From an uncultured Muribaculaceae bacterium (GTDB taxonomy: Bacteria > Bacteroidota > Bacteroidia > Bacteroidales > Muribaculaceae): a stretch of DNA of 64,000 nt. Under the pieces are notes generated by a model. That model worked only from the letters and a program-made list of their open reading frames with translations. It was not told the DNA's origin and searched no databases. The translations under genes and the position numbers were made by a program. The DNA is taken from NCBI GenBank assembly GCA_910587425.1, contig CAJUKU010000002.1:96526-160525 (forward strand). Reading direction: 5' to 3'. This document shows positions 10,642 through 20,108 of the stretch, one piece after another (position 1 is the first letter of the stretch; the number at the start of each line of letters is the position of its first letter).

Positions 10642-10691
10642 AAAAAAGCGGGGAGGCTGCCGGCACCGTTGTCAGGACCGTGCCTCCCCGC
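10642..10691 (-). terminator. Intrinsic terminator-like hairpin between frc and oxc
   Basis: Stem gcggggaggc / gcctccccgc (24-nt loop) with A6 on the left. Confidence 0.55.
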
Positions 10692-10717
10692 CTGTATTTC
10701 TGTTCAGCTGTCAGAGA

Positions 10718-12022
10718 TTATTTTGCCGGAGCCTCAGGCTTGGGCATGGGTGCGGTAGTGCCGTTCTTGGCAAACTCCGCGATCTGGTCGGCTGTGTATC
10801 CGAGTGCCGAAAGCACCTCGTCGGTGTTGCCGCCGAGTGTCGGGCACGGACCGTAGGTAGGCTGGTAGTTGGAGATGGTGAACGGACATCCTACAGTCAC
10901 GAACTCACCGATATTGCCACCCTGGTTGATGCGCACGAGGGTATTGCCGTCGTAAAGGCTCTCATCGCTCATTATCTCCTTGGTGTTGAGCACAGGTGCG
11001 CAAGGCACGCCGTAAGGAGCAAGAGCGGTCACCACATCATATTTGGAGCGCTGGAGCGACCACTTGGTGATACGGTCGATGATCTCCTGTTTGTGACGGT
11101 CGCGGGCATCGGCGGTGTTGAAGTCGGGATTGGTAAGCCAGTCCTCGAAACCGAATGCCTGACAAGCCTTCTCGAAGTCCTTGGCGCCACGCTGAAGAAT
11201 GATGTATGCGTAATCGTTCGGGTCGGTCTGATAGCCTTTGCAGGGGAATGTCCAGCCGAGCACGCCTGAACCCTCAATATTACCGGCACGCGGCACGTAG
11301 TCAGGGAATTTCTCGTTAGGATACTGCGGGAACTGTGTCAGATAACCGATCTTGTCGAGTGTCAACTGGTCACGGGTCTTGATACGGCAGAGGTTAAGAC
11401 ATGCGTTGTGCATCGACTGATATACGAATGAACCCTCGCCGGTCTTCTCACGCTGCATCAGTGCTGCGAGCAGTCCGATAAGCAGGTGCATACCTGTATT
11501 CGAGTCACCGAGAGCCGCACCGCTCTGTGTCGGGATATTGTACTCGCCGCTGTACCATCCGGTAGTTGTTGCCGCAGCTGCGGTCACCTGAGCCACAGGT
11601 TCGTAAGCCTTCAGGTCTTTATACTTGGATGTGGGCGGGAAACCCTTGATCGTACCGTAGATACATCTCGGATTGAGCTTGTGGACCACTTCCCAACTGA
11701 AGCCGAGCTTATCCATGGCTCCGGGGTGAAGGTTCTCGACGAAGATATCCGCCTGCTCGATCAGCTTTGTAAGGATAGCCTTGCCGTCGGGTGTGGCGGC
11801 ATCAAGAGCGAGCGACTTCTTGTCGCTGTTGAGCTGCAGGAAGTAGTAGCTCGGCTCGTTCGGGTCAAACTGAAGTTCCTTACGGGTGGCGTCGCCTACG
11901 CCCGGGCGTTCGATCTTAATCACATCGGCGCCGAGCCATGCGAGCATCTGCGTACATGAGGGTCCTGACTGCACAGCGGTGAAGTCGACCACTTTAATGC
12001 CTTGAAGAGGGGCTGTATTCAT
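10718..12022 (-). CDS. frc: Formyl-CoA:oxalate CoA-transferase (class III)
   Basis: PLQGIKVVDF, VQSGPSCTQMLAWLGADVIKIE, catalytic-Asp motif GAALGDSNTGMH. Confidence 0.93.
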   Translation of the reverse strand: MNTAPLQGIKVVDFTAVQSGPSCTQMLAWLGADVIKIERPGVGDATRKELQFDPNEPSYYFLQLNSDKKSLALDAATPDGKAILTKLIEQADIFVENLHPGAMDKLGFSWEVVHKLNPRCIYGTIKGFPPTSKYKDLKAYEPVAQVTAAAATTTGWYSGEYNIPTQSGAALGDSNTGMHLLIGLLAALMQREKTGEGSFVYQSMHNACLNLCRIKTRDQLTLDKIGYLTQFPQYPNEKFPDYVPRAGNIEGSGVLGWTFPCKGYQTDPNDYAYIILQRGAKDFEKACQAFGFEDWLTNPDFNTADARDRHKQEIIDRITKWSLQRSKYDVVTALAPYGVPCAPVLNTKEIMSDESLYDGNTLVRINQGGNIGEFVTVGCPFTISNYQPTYGPCPTLGGNTDEVLSALGYTADQIAEFAKNGTTAPMPKPEAPAK

Positions 12023-12096
12023 AGTAATAAGTGTTTTATGTGTTTCTTAAATTTTGGTTTGTCTGTCGGGAACACTTTCCCGGTGTGTATCTCTTA

Positions 12097-12120
12097 AACA
12101 ACGCTACCCACCAAAAAGTT
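12097..12120 (-). promoter_or_regulatory. Candidate alternative-sigma promoter (AACYTT-N13-TTGTT), copy upstream of frc
   Basis: Minus strand AACTTT-ttggtgggtagcg-TTGTT; same spacing as three other copies in the window. Confidence 0.55.
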
Positions 12121-12133
12121 AGTTGCCCGGAAG

Positions 12134-12172
12134 AAAAAAGTGGGATCCGCCGACCGAATCAGCGGATCCCAC
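12134..12172 (-). terminator. Intrinsic terminator of the large secreted protein gene
   Basis: 11-bp stem gtgggatccgc / gcggatcccac with A6 on the left. Confidence 0.8.
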
Positions 12173-12192
12173 CATATTGGATATGTGAGTTT

Positions 12193-15100
12193 TTACAGCT
12201 TAACTTTCACCGTGCGGCACGATGGCGTACGAACGATATAGATGCCCGGGCGTAGCCCCTCGGCACGCACCCGGCGGCCGTTCAGATCATACACCTCCGA
12301 GCCCTCGGGAGCTATGATCCTGTCGCCGTCGGCGCGGATCTCCTCGATCTTGTCTGAGCCGATCGAATCGACAGCCGTGGGTGCAACCCATACGTACACC
12401 TCGCATACATTAGCCGAAGGCTTGCCCCCCTCCACGAGTATCGCGATTACCAGGCCGCTCTCCGTGAGTTCGAACGGGCCGGTGTAGAGCGTTCCGTTCG
12501 AGGGAGTCAGCGCCTTGTCAGGATCAGTGGTGTAATAAATGCTCCAGTCGCCCGACGGGGTCACTTCCGGCTCGATCTTGACCTTCACGCTGCCCGCCTC
12601 CGTATTATCGAGACTGAACACCACGCGTCCGCTCACATTCACCTCCGGATCATCATCCGCAGCAAGTATCATCTTCAGGTGGCTGTGGGTGCTCGTCTCA
12701 TATCCCGGCGCTGTGGCACGCATGTGGATATAGGCGTCGGAGATCACCGCGAAAGGCTGCGCGTAGACGTTCCATTTCGCATCATCGGCAGGAGCATTCT
12801 CATCCGGAGTTATTATATACTCGATGGTCGCGCTCTCAGGGTCGATGATCGGGCATGTGAGAGTCACCGTGGTCGACGGATAGAACTTCACCGTCGTAAG
12901 CTCAAGCATCTGCGTCTGCGAGATGATGCCTCCGGAGAAGGTGGGCACAACCAGTTTAGCGGCGCGCACCTTTTCGACCTCCGTAGGCCAGAGCTCTATT
13001 GTGCCGTCATCGCCGAGCATTGCGAAACCTGTGATATTGTAGTATGCAGCCTCGTCGGTGTCCGTATTGTCCCAGTCAAACTCAGGTTCGAGGATATTGT
13101 GGTTCACACGGATCTCCACACCCGACTCATCGCCGCGGTTGGTGATCAGTTTCCACTCGGTGTCCTGCTGCGAGATTCCGTCCTCAGTCTCAAACTCGGT
13201 GCCGATCAGCTTCACGCCGCTTATGCGCACATAGCGGCGCGCGTTCTCGGCGGTGATCGTGGTCACTTCGTCAGGCTCAAGACGTATGTCGAGATTTGAC
13301 GGTGCGGGATCGAGTATGCCACCGAACATACCGCTGTAAGCCGGAGTGATACGAGCACCGCGCACACGGTTGTTCACGAAGTCAGCCTCCGCCACAAAAT
13401 CGGCGAGATAGGCACCCTCCGGAACGGCATCCATATCGATAGCATCCTCAGTCACGTGGATCGGCAGATAGTGTCCTACCGCACCGCGTATGAATATGTA
13501 TTCACCACCCTTCTTCACCACGCGGGCATCGCCGGTGAAGTGGTAAGCGACATTCGGCTCAGCCTGGTTGATGAAGTTCACAATGTAGCGGCGGTCATTG
13601 GCAAGACGGGTGAAAGTGCGCTCCACTACAGCGCTCGGCATGTGACCGGCGATAGCCGCGTATGCCTTAACCGTCACCGACGAGCTGATCTCGAACGGCT
13701 CCGTGTACACCTTACGCCCCTGTGGATTGTTGCGCGGATCGCTGCCGTCAATGGTGTAATAGATCATGAGTTTCTCGCCGCCATCCTCGGTTATGCTTCC
13801 CGGAGCAGGAGCGAGAACAACCTTGGCGGTGGTCATGAACGTCAGAGGAGCCGAAGCGTCGCTGTCGGCGACCCCTTCTAGAGATGGAAGCGAAAGTGCC
13901 GGCACCGCACCACCGATCTTGAAATTGGTCATGGCTACGGCATAATGCTTGGTCTGACCGTCGACAGGCTTGCCGTTGAGCAGCACCACACCCTCGATAT
14001 CATACACCGTACCGGCACGGTAGGAGGTAGCCCAACCGCCCGTGTACTGGAACACATCATTTATATTAAGCTCCGGAGCACCCGGGATATCGAGCACGTA
14101 GACGCCATCCTCGCGGTGCGTCACAGTCACATTCTCGATCCAGTAGCGCACCATGCGGTCAGAGTCATCGAATCCTCCGAAATCATCCTTCGTGGCATCA
14201 ATATTCTTTGGCGACGACACTTCAGCAGGATCCACCTCCACGCGGTGCAGCGTGCGGGCGAAACCTGTGGCATATCCGCGCAGGCCGTGCATCTGCGGGA
14301 TGCGGTCGGCTATAAGCACGAAGTCAGTGATAATGTCGCCCTCTGTCAAAGCGCGGGCACGCGAGCCGTCGCCACCCTTCATCTCAACAGCGGCGTTCCA
14401 TCCGTTCTCATTGTAGAGCAGCAGCGAGTGTTTGCTCTCCTCACCTGCCGGGCAGTTCTCATAATCGCGCAGATAGAGATAGCGCGGAGTGATGGCGCGC
14501 ACCTGCGCCTTGCCGGTGTAGCGGTAGTATTTCACCTCGCCGCCACGCGGATCCGGCGTCTCGACCTCGTCGGGATAGAGAGCCTTGAAATCGGCTATAT
14601 TGTCAAACGTGCCTGTCACGGCATGCTTCACAAAGCGTATCTTCAGCGGAGTGGTAGCCTCGCCGTTCTCCATATATGCCACCTGCAGATGGCATACGCC
14701 GTCGGCACCGTAATTATCGGCTGTTATCGTGAGAGCGCGCTGGCTGTTCTCCGGCCAGTTGAGGTAGGCTTCCGTATCGGCGAAGCGGTACACGAATTGT
14801 CGCCCTTCAACACCGGTGCGGTCAATCGTCAGTTTCACCTCGTCGGAGATTACATTCACAGTAGTCCACCCTTCCGCATCAGGATCGGCGATGATCGGAT
14901 TCGGAGCAAGAACCACGATCTCGGAGGTCACGCTTGTCGGGAATATGCGCAGTTCACCCTCACGCTGACCCACGAAACCCTCCACGCGGTATTTCTGACC
15001 GGCTTTGAGTCCTTTCAGCGGAGTGTCGTGCTCGGTGAATCTGCCGTAACCGACCACCTCTGTGCCATCCTCTGTAAGGAACGTTGATTCGTTGTCAGTC

Positions 15101-17244
15101 CACTGCATACCGCTCAACACCACATGCCGGTTGAAATCAGACTTGTCTATATCTCTGCGCGCAGGGTTGTAATCCGCCCAGTCCGACACCGGCACGATAC
15201 CCGCCACACTGTAGGGACGGTAATCGTCGCCCGGACCTACATAAACATCGATCTGCGGCCAGCCGTCGTTGTAACGGTACATACCGGTTATGCCTCCGGC
15301 GGGGATCTCCTGCCCTACGGCATAATGCTCACCCTCGACATCATGGAAGAATATGTTGGAGCCGTTGTTGACGAACTTAATGGCATTCCCCTCGGGATCG
15401 CGTACGTACATAAACTTGGCGTTGTCGACAGTATTCTCCACCCCCTCTACAAGAAGCGGGCAATTGAATATCACCAGACGGTTGTTGAATATCGCGGCAT
15501 CAGCCGACGAGGCGTTGAGTGCGCCGAGGTTGTCAAGGGTCACGGTAGGCAGTTTTTCCAGACGTATCGTGAACGCCGGACCGAGGATATTGTCGCTGTT
15601 CACTGCGAAAACTGACAGATATCCGCTCTCTGTAAACTTCTTCTCCGAGTACCACTTGCCGGTCTCCAGATCTTTCGTCAGGCGGAGGGTTGAAGGATTG
15701 GCAGGATCGATTGTTGTCACCTCGTCCGTAGTCGAGAATGCGAAATAGTACTGTGCGACATCCATGTTTGCCGCCGCAACATCCTTGATCTGCATATACT
15801 GCGAGAAGCGTGCCGTGCGGTTCTGATATGTTCCGTTAACCACATCAAGCTCCAGCTCCTCAACCTGCGGACGCAACCGCCGCAGCGTGTAGGTCACAGG
15901 CTCACTCTCACGGTAGGCGATAGACCCCGGATTAGCAGTGACATTGATAATATGCAGATAACTCACATCCGGGTTGCTGCCTGTAAAAATATCCGAACCT
16001 TGGCTCGGTGCCTCATCCCAGCTCTGAGTTGAGTTATTGTAGGTACGGCTTGGCAGATACAAAGCGAGCGCATCCGGTTCTAAACCGACAAAGGCATCAG
16101 CGGAATACGCCGTGCTGCCATTCGCCACCGGACTATCATCAATGGCATAACGGAACTTCAGCGACACATGATCACCATACGTATCACTAAGCTTAATAAG
16201 TCCATAATTATGAGTTAGATATATTGTGTTATTATCATCCACATCCCTTACCGTACTTTTATCATAGCTGTAATAATACTGGTAGGACGAGTCCTTGACA
16301 ATCAAGGCATCAGTATAGTACTGAAGCACTCGCGGAGCGGAAGGGGTAGCGATATCCATTCTTCGGCACACAATGCGGAACTCGTCACCGGGGTTACCGC
16401 TGGCATCCAGACACACCGCACGCACCTCAGTCGTATATCCCACACCTACCTTTGGCAATGTTATAGGACAGATACCGCCAACGATGTCCTCTAAAATGCC
16501 CTCAGTTTTTGGGTCTGTCCTACCGTCAATCGTATAACGGACTTTCGAGGCTCCATCCGGAACGGCGAGCCTAAGCAACTGACCCTCCTCAAACAGATAC
16601 TGAAATTCCTGTATGCCATCTTCCTCAACAAGTTTCGGGTAGCCGGCAACAACCAGGTCATCACGATATCCCATGTCAACTGTAGGAGCAGCAAGCGGTT
16701 CTACCAACTCGAACTGTATCGATAGAGTCAATTCCAAATCATACATAGTCTTGAATTCAACTCTTGTTGTTGATTTTGACAACGTATATATGTAATCTGG
16801 ATATTTTGCGTCAGAGTCATCCCATTGGAAACTCCCAGCATCGGTATCACCTGATACATAGGGTCCGTTAGCGCCACGGAACATTATACGGCTGATCGCT
16901 GAACCGGTTGTAGAGATTGAAATCGTCTGATTTGCATAGATAATCATTTTCGATGCCTCAAACCGTATACCATTACCACCTGTGGTTTCTATGGTTATGG
17001 TCTCTCTTTTATCGGTCGGCGACATGACAAATTTTACGCCGCTACTATTTATTTTCCCGCTAATAACGACACCATTGGAATTGTATCCTGTAAGATTCCC
17101 TTGCTGCCATTGGCTCACGTTTAAGAATTGTGCTGAAAATGCCGACTGAATGTTGGTGGATGGCGGACGAAACAGACCTGTCAATCCATGAGCCGGCATC
17201 ACCACGGCAAACACGGCAACGCACACAAGCAAAAACTTCTTCAT
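12193..17244 (-). CDS. Large secreted/surface protein with Fn3-associated (CHB_HEX_C-like) domains, repeated OB-fold-like modules and a T9SS-type C-terminal sorting domain
   Basis: Signal peptide MKKFLLVCVAVFAVVMPAHG; repeated YTIDGSDP / YTTDP motifs; C-terminus VYDLNGRRV...GIYIVR...TVKVKL. Confidence 0.8.
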   Translation of the reverse strand: MKKFLLVCVAVFAVVMPAHGLTGLFRPPSTNIQSAFSAQFLNVSQWQQGNLTGYNSNGVVISGKINSSGVKFVMSPTDKRETITIETTGGNGIRFEASKMIIYANQTISISTTGSAISRIMFRGANGPYVSGDTDAGSFQWDDSDAKYPDYIYTLSKSTTRVEFKTMYDLELTLSIQFELVEPLAAPTVDMGYRDDLVVAGYPKLVEEDGIQEFQYLFEEGQLLRLAVPDGASKVRYTIDGRTDPKTEGILEDIVGGICPITLPKVGVGYTTEVRAVCLDASGNPGDEFRIVCRRMDIATPSAPRVLQYYTDALIVKDSSYQYYYSYDKSTVRDVDDNNTIYLTHNYGLIKLSDTYGDHVSLKFRYAIDDSPVANGSTAYSADAFVGLEPDALALYLPSRTYNNSTQSWDEAPSQGSDIFTGSNPDVSYLHIINVTANPGSIAYRESEPVTYTLRRLRPQVEELELDVVNGTYQNRTARFSQYMQIKDVAAANMDVAQYYFAFSTTDEVTTIDPANPSTLRLTKDLETGKWYSEKKFTESGYLSVFAVNSDNILGPAFTIRLEKLPTVTLDNLGALNASSADAAIFNNRLVIFNCPLLVEGVENTVDNAKFMYVRDPEGNAIKFVNNGSNIFFHDVEGEHYAVGQEIPAGGITGMYRYNDGWPQIDVYVGPGDDYRPYSVAGIVPVSDWADYNPARRDIDKSDFNRHVVLSGMQWTDNESTFLTEDGTEVVGYGRFTEHDTPLKGLKAGQKYRVEGFVGQREGELRIFPTSVTSEIVVLAPNPIIADPDAEGWTTVNVISDEVKLTIDRTGVEGRQFVYRFADTEAYLNWPENSQRALTITADNYGADGVCHLQVAYMENGEATTPLKIRFVKHAVTGTFDNIADFKALYPDEVETPDPRGGEVKYYRYTGKAQVRAITPRYLYLRDYENCPAGEESKHSLLLYNENGWNAAVEMKGGDGSRARALTEGDIITDFVLIADRIPQMHGLRGYATGFARTLHRVEVDPAEVSSPKNIDATKDDFGGFDDSDRMVRYWIENVTVTHREDGVYVLDIPGAPELNINDVFQYTGGWATSYRAGTVYDIEGVVLLNGKPVDGQTKHYAVAMTNFKIGGAVPALSLPSLEGVADSDASAPLTFMTTAKVVLAPAPGSITEDGGEKLMIYYTIDGSDPRNNPQGRKVYTEPFEISSSVTVKAYAAIAGHMPSAVVERTFTRLANDRRYIVNFINQAEPNVAYHFTGDARVVKKGGEYIFIRGAVGHYLPIHVTEDAIDMDAVPEGAYLADFVAEADFVNNRVRGARITPAYSGMFGGILDPAPSNLDIRLEPDEVTTITAENARRYVRISGVKLIGTEFETEDGISQQDTEWKLITNRGDESGVEIRVNHNILEPEFDWDNTDTDEAAYYNITGFAMLGDDGTIELWPTEVEKVRAAKLVVPTFSGGIISQTQMLELTTVKFYPSTTVTLTCPIIDPESATIEYIITPDENAPADDAKWNVYAQPFAVISDAYIHMRATAPGYETSTHSHLKMILAADDDPEVNVSGRVVFSLDNTEAGSVKVKIEPEVTPSGDWSIYYTTDPDKALTPSNGTLYTGPFELTESGLVIAILVEGGKPSANVCEVYVWVAPTAVDSIGSDKIEEIRADGDRIIAPEGSEVYDLNGRRVRAEGLRPGIYIVRTPSCRTVKVKL

Positions 17245-17366
17245 AAGCAAATCAAATTAAAATCTATATACACTTTTATCTATACACACTTTATGGAAAT
17301 CCCCTGCAGAAACCAGCGATTCCGCCACAGCAATCTCATGGGATTGACGGCATTATTTCCACACCG

Positions 17367-17374
17367 CAAAATTA
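17367..17374 (-). promoter_or_regulatory. -7 promoter element for the large secreted protein gene
   Basis: Minus strand TAATTTTG. Confidence 0.55.
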
Positions 17375-17577
17375 AAAAAACTTCCCGCACAACTCAAATT
17401 TTTTCCTCCGATTCTCAAAAATAATCCATTCCCAGGAGCTCAACGATCGGGACACTGTGAGCCGGCATATTCTTCTGCCGATAACCACAAAATTCTCTGC
17501 CCCGTAATCTCTCTTACAACCACTCATCATGCATGCGTTATGATTCGGTAAACCTGCCGTCAGCCACGTGTGCCAAG

Positions 17578-17609
17578 TTTGGCATTATCACGGAAAAAGG
17601 CTAACTTTG
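17578..17609 (+). promoter_or_regulatory. Bacteroidetes housekeeping promoter (-33/-7) for the dsbD operon
   Basis: TTTG-N20-TAACTTTG. Confidence 0.75.
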
Positions 17610-17643
17610 CAGAAAATTTCTCAACCGCAATAACAATCTATCC

Positions 17644-18111
17644 ATGCGACGCATAATCTTTTCTTTTCTTACAATCATAATGTTCGCTGTCACCGCCGCA
17701 GCACAGACCTCCGACGAGTCACCCTTGCGCTGGCAGGTAACCGTGAAGATGCTCACCGCCAACGAGGGCGTTGCCACATTCAAGGCTATTCTTCAGAAAG
17801 GATGGCACCTCTACGGACTCGAAATGCCCGCAAACGGACCTAAGGCAACAACAATTGATGTCGACGCCTCGCGTGGCATCGAATGGGTGACCCCGCTCGA
17901 GGCAGCGCGCAAGCCGCTCACCGTCCACGACGCCATGTTTGATGTCGATCTCCAGTGGTGGGACGCCGACATTGCCCTCCGCCGCCGCTTCCGCGTCACC
18001 GACAAGGCTAACGCCACCGTAGCCGGAACCATATCCTACATGGGCTGCAACGACCAGACATGCCTCCCTCCGGCAACACAGAAATTCAGCAAGAAAGTAA
18101 TCATTAAGTGA
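17644..18111 (+). CDS. Stand-alone DsbD N-terminal-domain protein
   Basis: Signal peptide, GWHLYG, CNDQTCLPP; paralogous to the N-domain of the next gene. Confidence 0.8.
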   Translation: MRRIIFSFLTIIMFAVTAAAQTSDESPLRWQVTVKMLTANEGVATFKAILQKGWHLYGLEMPANGPKATTIDVDASRGIEWVTPLEAARKPLTVHDAMFDVDLQWWDADIALRRRFRVTDKANATVAGTISYMGCNDQTCLPPATQKFSKKVIIK

Positions 18112-18122
18112 TCACTCCCGAT

Positions 18123-20108
18123 ATGCGACGATTAATCTCAACCGTAACACTCCTCTTCGCCGCGCTTGCCGTGGCGCTGCAGGCGCAGATTGTCAACCCC
18201 ATAGTCTGGAACATCACATCCGAGCTGACATCAGCCACCGAGGGTGTGATCCGTTTCAACGCCACCGTAGAGCCGGGATGGCACCTCTACGGCACTACCC
18301 TGCCCGACGGCGGACCGCGTGCAACATCAGTGACCTACTCACGCCTTGAAGGCGTTGAGCTTGTCGGCGCGCTCGAACCCTCACAGGCTCCTGTCGAAAA
18401 AGTCGACATGGTGTTCCACCTCAAGCTCAACTGGTGGGAGAGCGATGTGACCCTCACGCAGCATTTCCGCCTCACCGGCGACAAAGGCTACCTAATCGAG
18501 GGCAATATCAGCTTCCAGGGATGTAACGACGGCAGCTGCATACCTCCGGCAAAGGAACCGTTTGAGTTCGCATCCGAAGGATTCAACGCCGGAACTTCGA
18601 CAGCCGACACTACCGTAGCATCACCGTCTGTTACCGCACCGGCAAAACCCACACCGGCAGCCGACGAAGCAGAGTGGTGGGCACCTGCCGATTTCAGCCG
18701 CTTCACCGACGCCGACAGTCAGAACATAGCGCAATCATCGCTCTGGTACATATTCATCTGGGGATTCATCGGCGGACTGGTGGCTCTGCTCACTCCCTGC
18801 GTATGGCCTATGATCCCCCTGACCGTGAGCTTCTTCCTCAAGAAGAACACATCGCGCGCCAAATCCATCGGCGACGCCCTGACCTACGGTGCCGGCATCA
18901 TCGTCATCTATCTTGCACTCGGACTCGCAATCACACTCATCTTCGGAGCAAGCAAGCTCAACGACCTTGCGACAAACGCCGTGTTCAACCTCGCGTTCTT
19001 CCTGCTCCTGCTCGTGTTCGCCATATCATTCTTCGGAGCGTTCGACATCAAGCTCCCCTCGCGTTGGAGCAACGGCGTCGACAGCAAGGCTGAGCGCACC
19101 ACAGGTCTGATAAGCATCTTCTTCATGGCGTTCACACTCGTGCTCGTGTCATTCTCCTGCACAGGTCCTATCATCGGCACCCTCCTTGTCGAGGCGGCAT
19201 CTATGGGCGACATAACCGGACCGGCGATCGGCATGGGTGCATTCGCGCTCGCACTCGCCATTCCGTTCACACTATTCGCAATATTCCCCTCATGGCTCAA
19301 GGAGATGCCCCGCTCCGGCGGATGGCTCAACTCCGTCAAGGTGGTGCTCGGCTTCCTCGAGCTCGCGCTGTCGCTCAAGTTCCTCTCCGTGGCTGACCTT
19401 GCCTACGGCTGGGGCGTTCTCGACCGCGAGGTATTCGTGTCGCTGTGGGTTGTCATATTCATCCTCCTCGGCATGTATCTGCTCGGCAAGCTCCGCTTCT
19501 CACACGACACCCCCACCGAGCACGTGCCTATCCTCCGTTTCTTCATGGCTCTGATATCGCTCAGCTTCGCCGTATATCTCATCCCCGGACTCTGGGGAGC
19601 ACCCCTCAAGAGCGTTAGCGCTTTCGTTCCGCCGCTCTACACCCAGGACTTCAACCTCTATGCAGGAGGGGAGTTCCGCGAGTTTGACGACTACGATGCC
19701 GGCATGCGCTACGCCGCCGAGACCGGACGTCCCGTCATAATCGATTTCTCAGGCCACGGATGCGTCAACTGCCGCAAGATGGAGGGCGCGGTATTCGATA
19801 CCGAGGAGATCTCGACAATCATTCGCGAGAACTTCGTGCTCATAAAGCTGATGGTCGACGACAAGCAGTCGCTCCCCGAGGTGATCACCGTTGAGGAGAA
19901 CGGACGTAACGTCCGTCTCGAGAGCATCGGCGACAAGTGGAGCTATCTGCAGCGCAGCAAGTTCGCAGCCAACTCACAGCCTTATTATGTGATGCTCGAT
20001 AATGCCGGACGTCCCCTCGCCGCCCCCTACTACTACGACGAGAATGTGGCTCGCTTCGGCAAATGGCTTGAAAATGGTATAAAGGAATATGTCGGCACAC
20101 ACAACTGA
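18123..20108 (+). CDS. dsbD: Thiol:disulfide interchange protein DsbD
   Basis: N-domain CNDGSCIPP, membrane domain LTPCVWPMIP and SFSCTGP, thioredoxin motif CVNC. Confidence 0.92.
   Translation: MRRLISTVTLLFAALAVALQAQIVNPIVWNITSELTSATEGVIRFNATVEPGWHLYGTTLPDGGPRATSVTYSRLEGVELVGALEPSQAPVEKVDMVFHLKLNWWESDVTLTQHFRLTGDKGYLIEGNISFQGCNDGSCIPPAKEPFEFASEGFNAGTSTADTTVASPSVTAPAKPTPAADEAEWWAPADFSRFTDADSQNIAQSSLWYIFIWGFIGGLVALLTPCVWPMIPLTVSFFLKKNTSRAKSIGDALTYGAGIIVIYLALGLAITLIFGASKLNDLATNAVFNLAFFLLLLVFAISFFGAFDIKLPSRWSNGVDSKAERTTGLISIFFMAFTLVLVSFSCTGPIIGTLLVEAASMGDITGPAIGMGAFALALAIPFTLFAIFPSWLKEMPRSGGWLNSVKVVLGFLELALSLKFLSVADLAYGWGVLDREVFVSLWVVIFILLGMYLLGKLRFSHDTPTEHVPILRFFMALISLSFAVYLIPGLWGAPLKSVSAFVPPLYTQDFNLYAGGEFREFDDYDAGMRYAAETGRPVIIDFSGHGCVNCRKMEGAVFDTEEISTIIRENFVLIKLMVDDKQSLPEVITVEENGRNVRLESIGDKWSYLQRSKFAANSQPYYVMLDNAGRPLAAPYYYDENVARFGKWLENGIKEYVGTHN

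Noticed and set aside
17644..18600. Duplicated DsbD N-domain as a novelty
   Set aside because: A stand-alone N-domain gene beside dsbD is a familiar Bacteroidetes arrangement.
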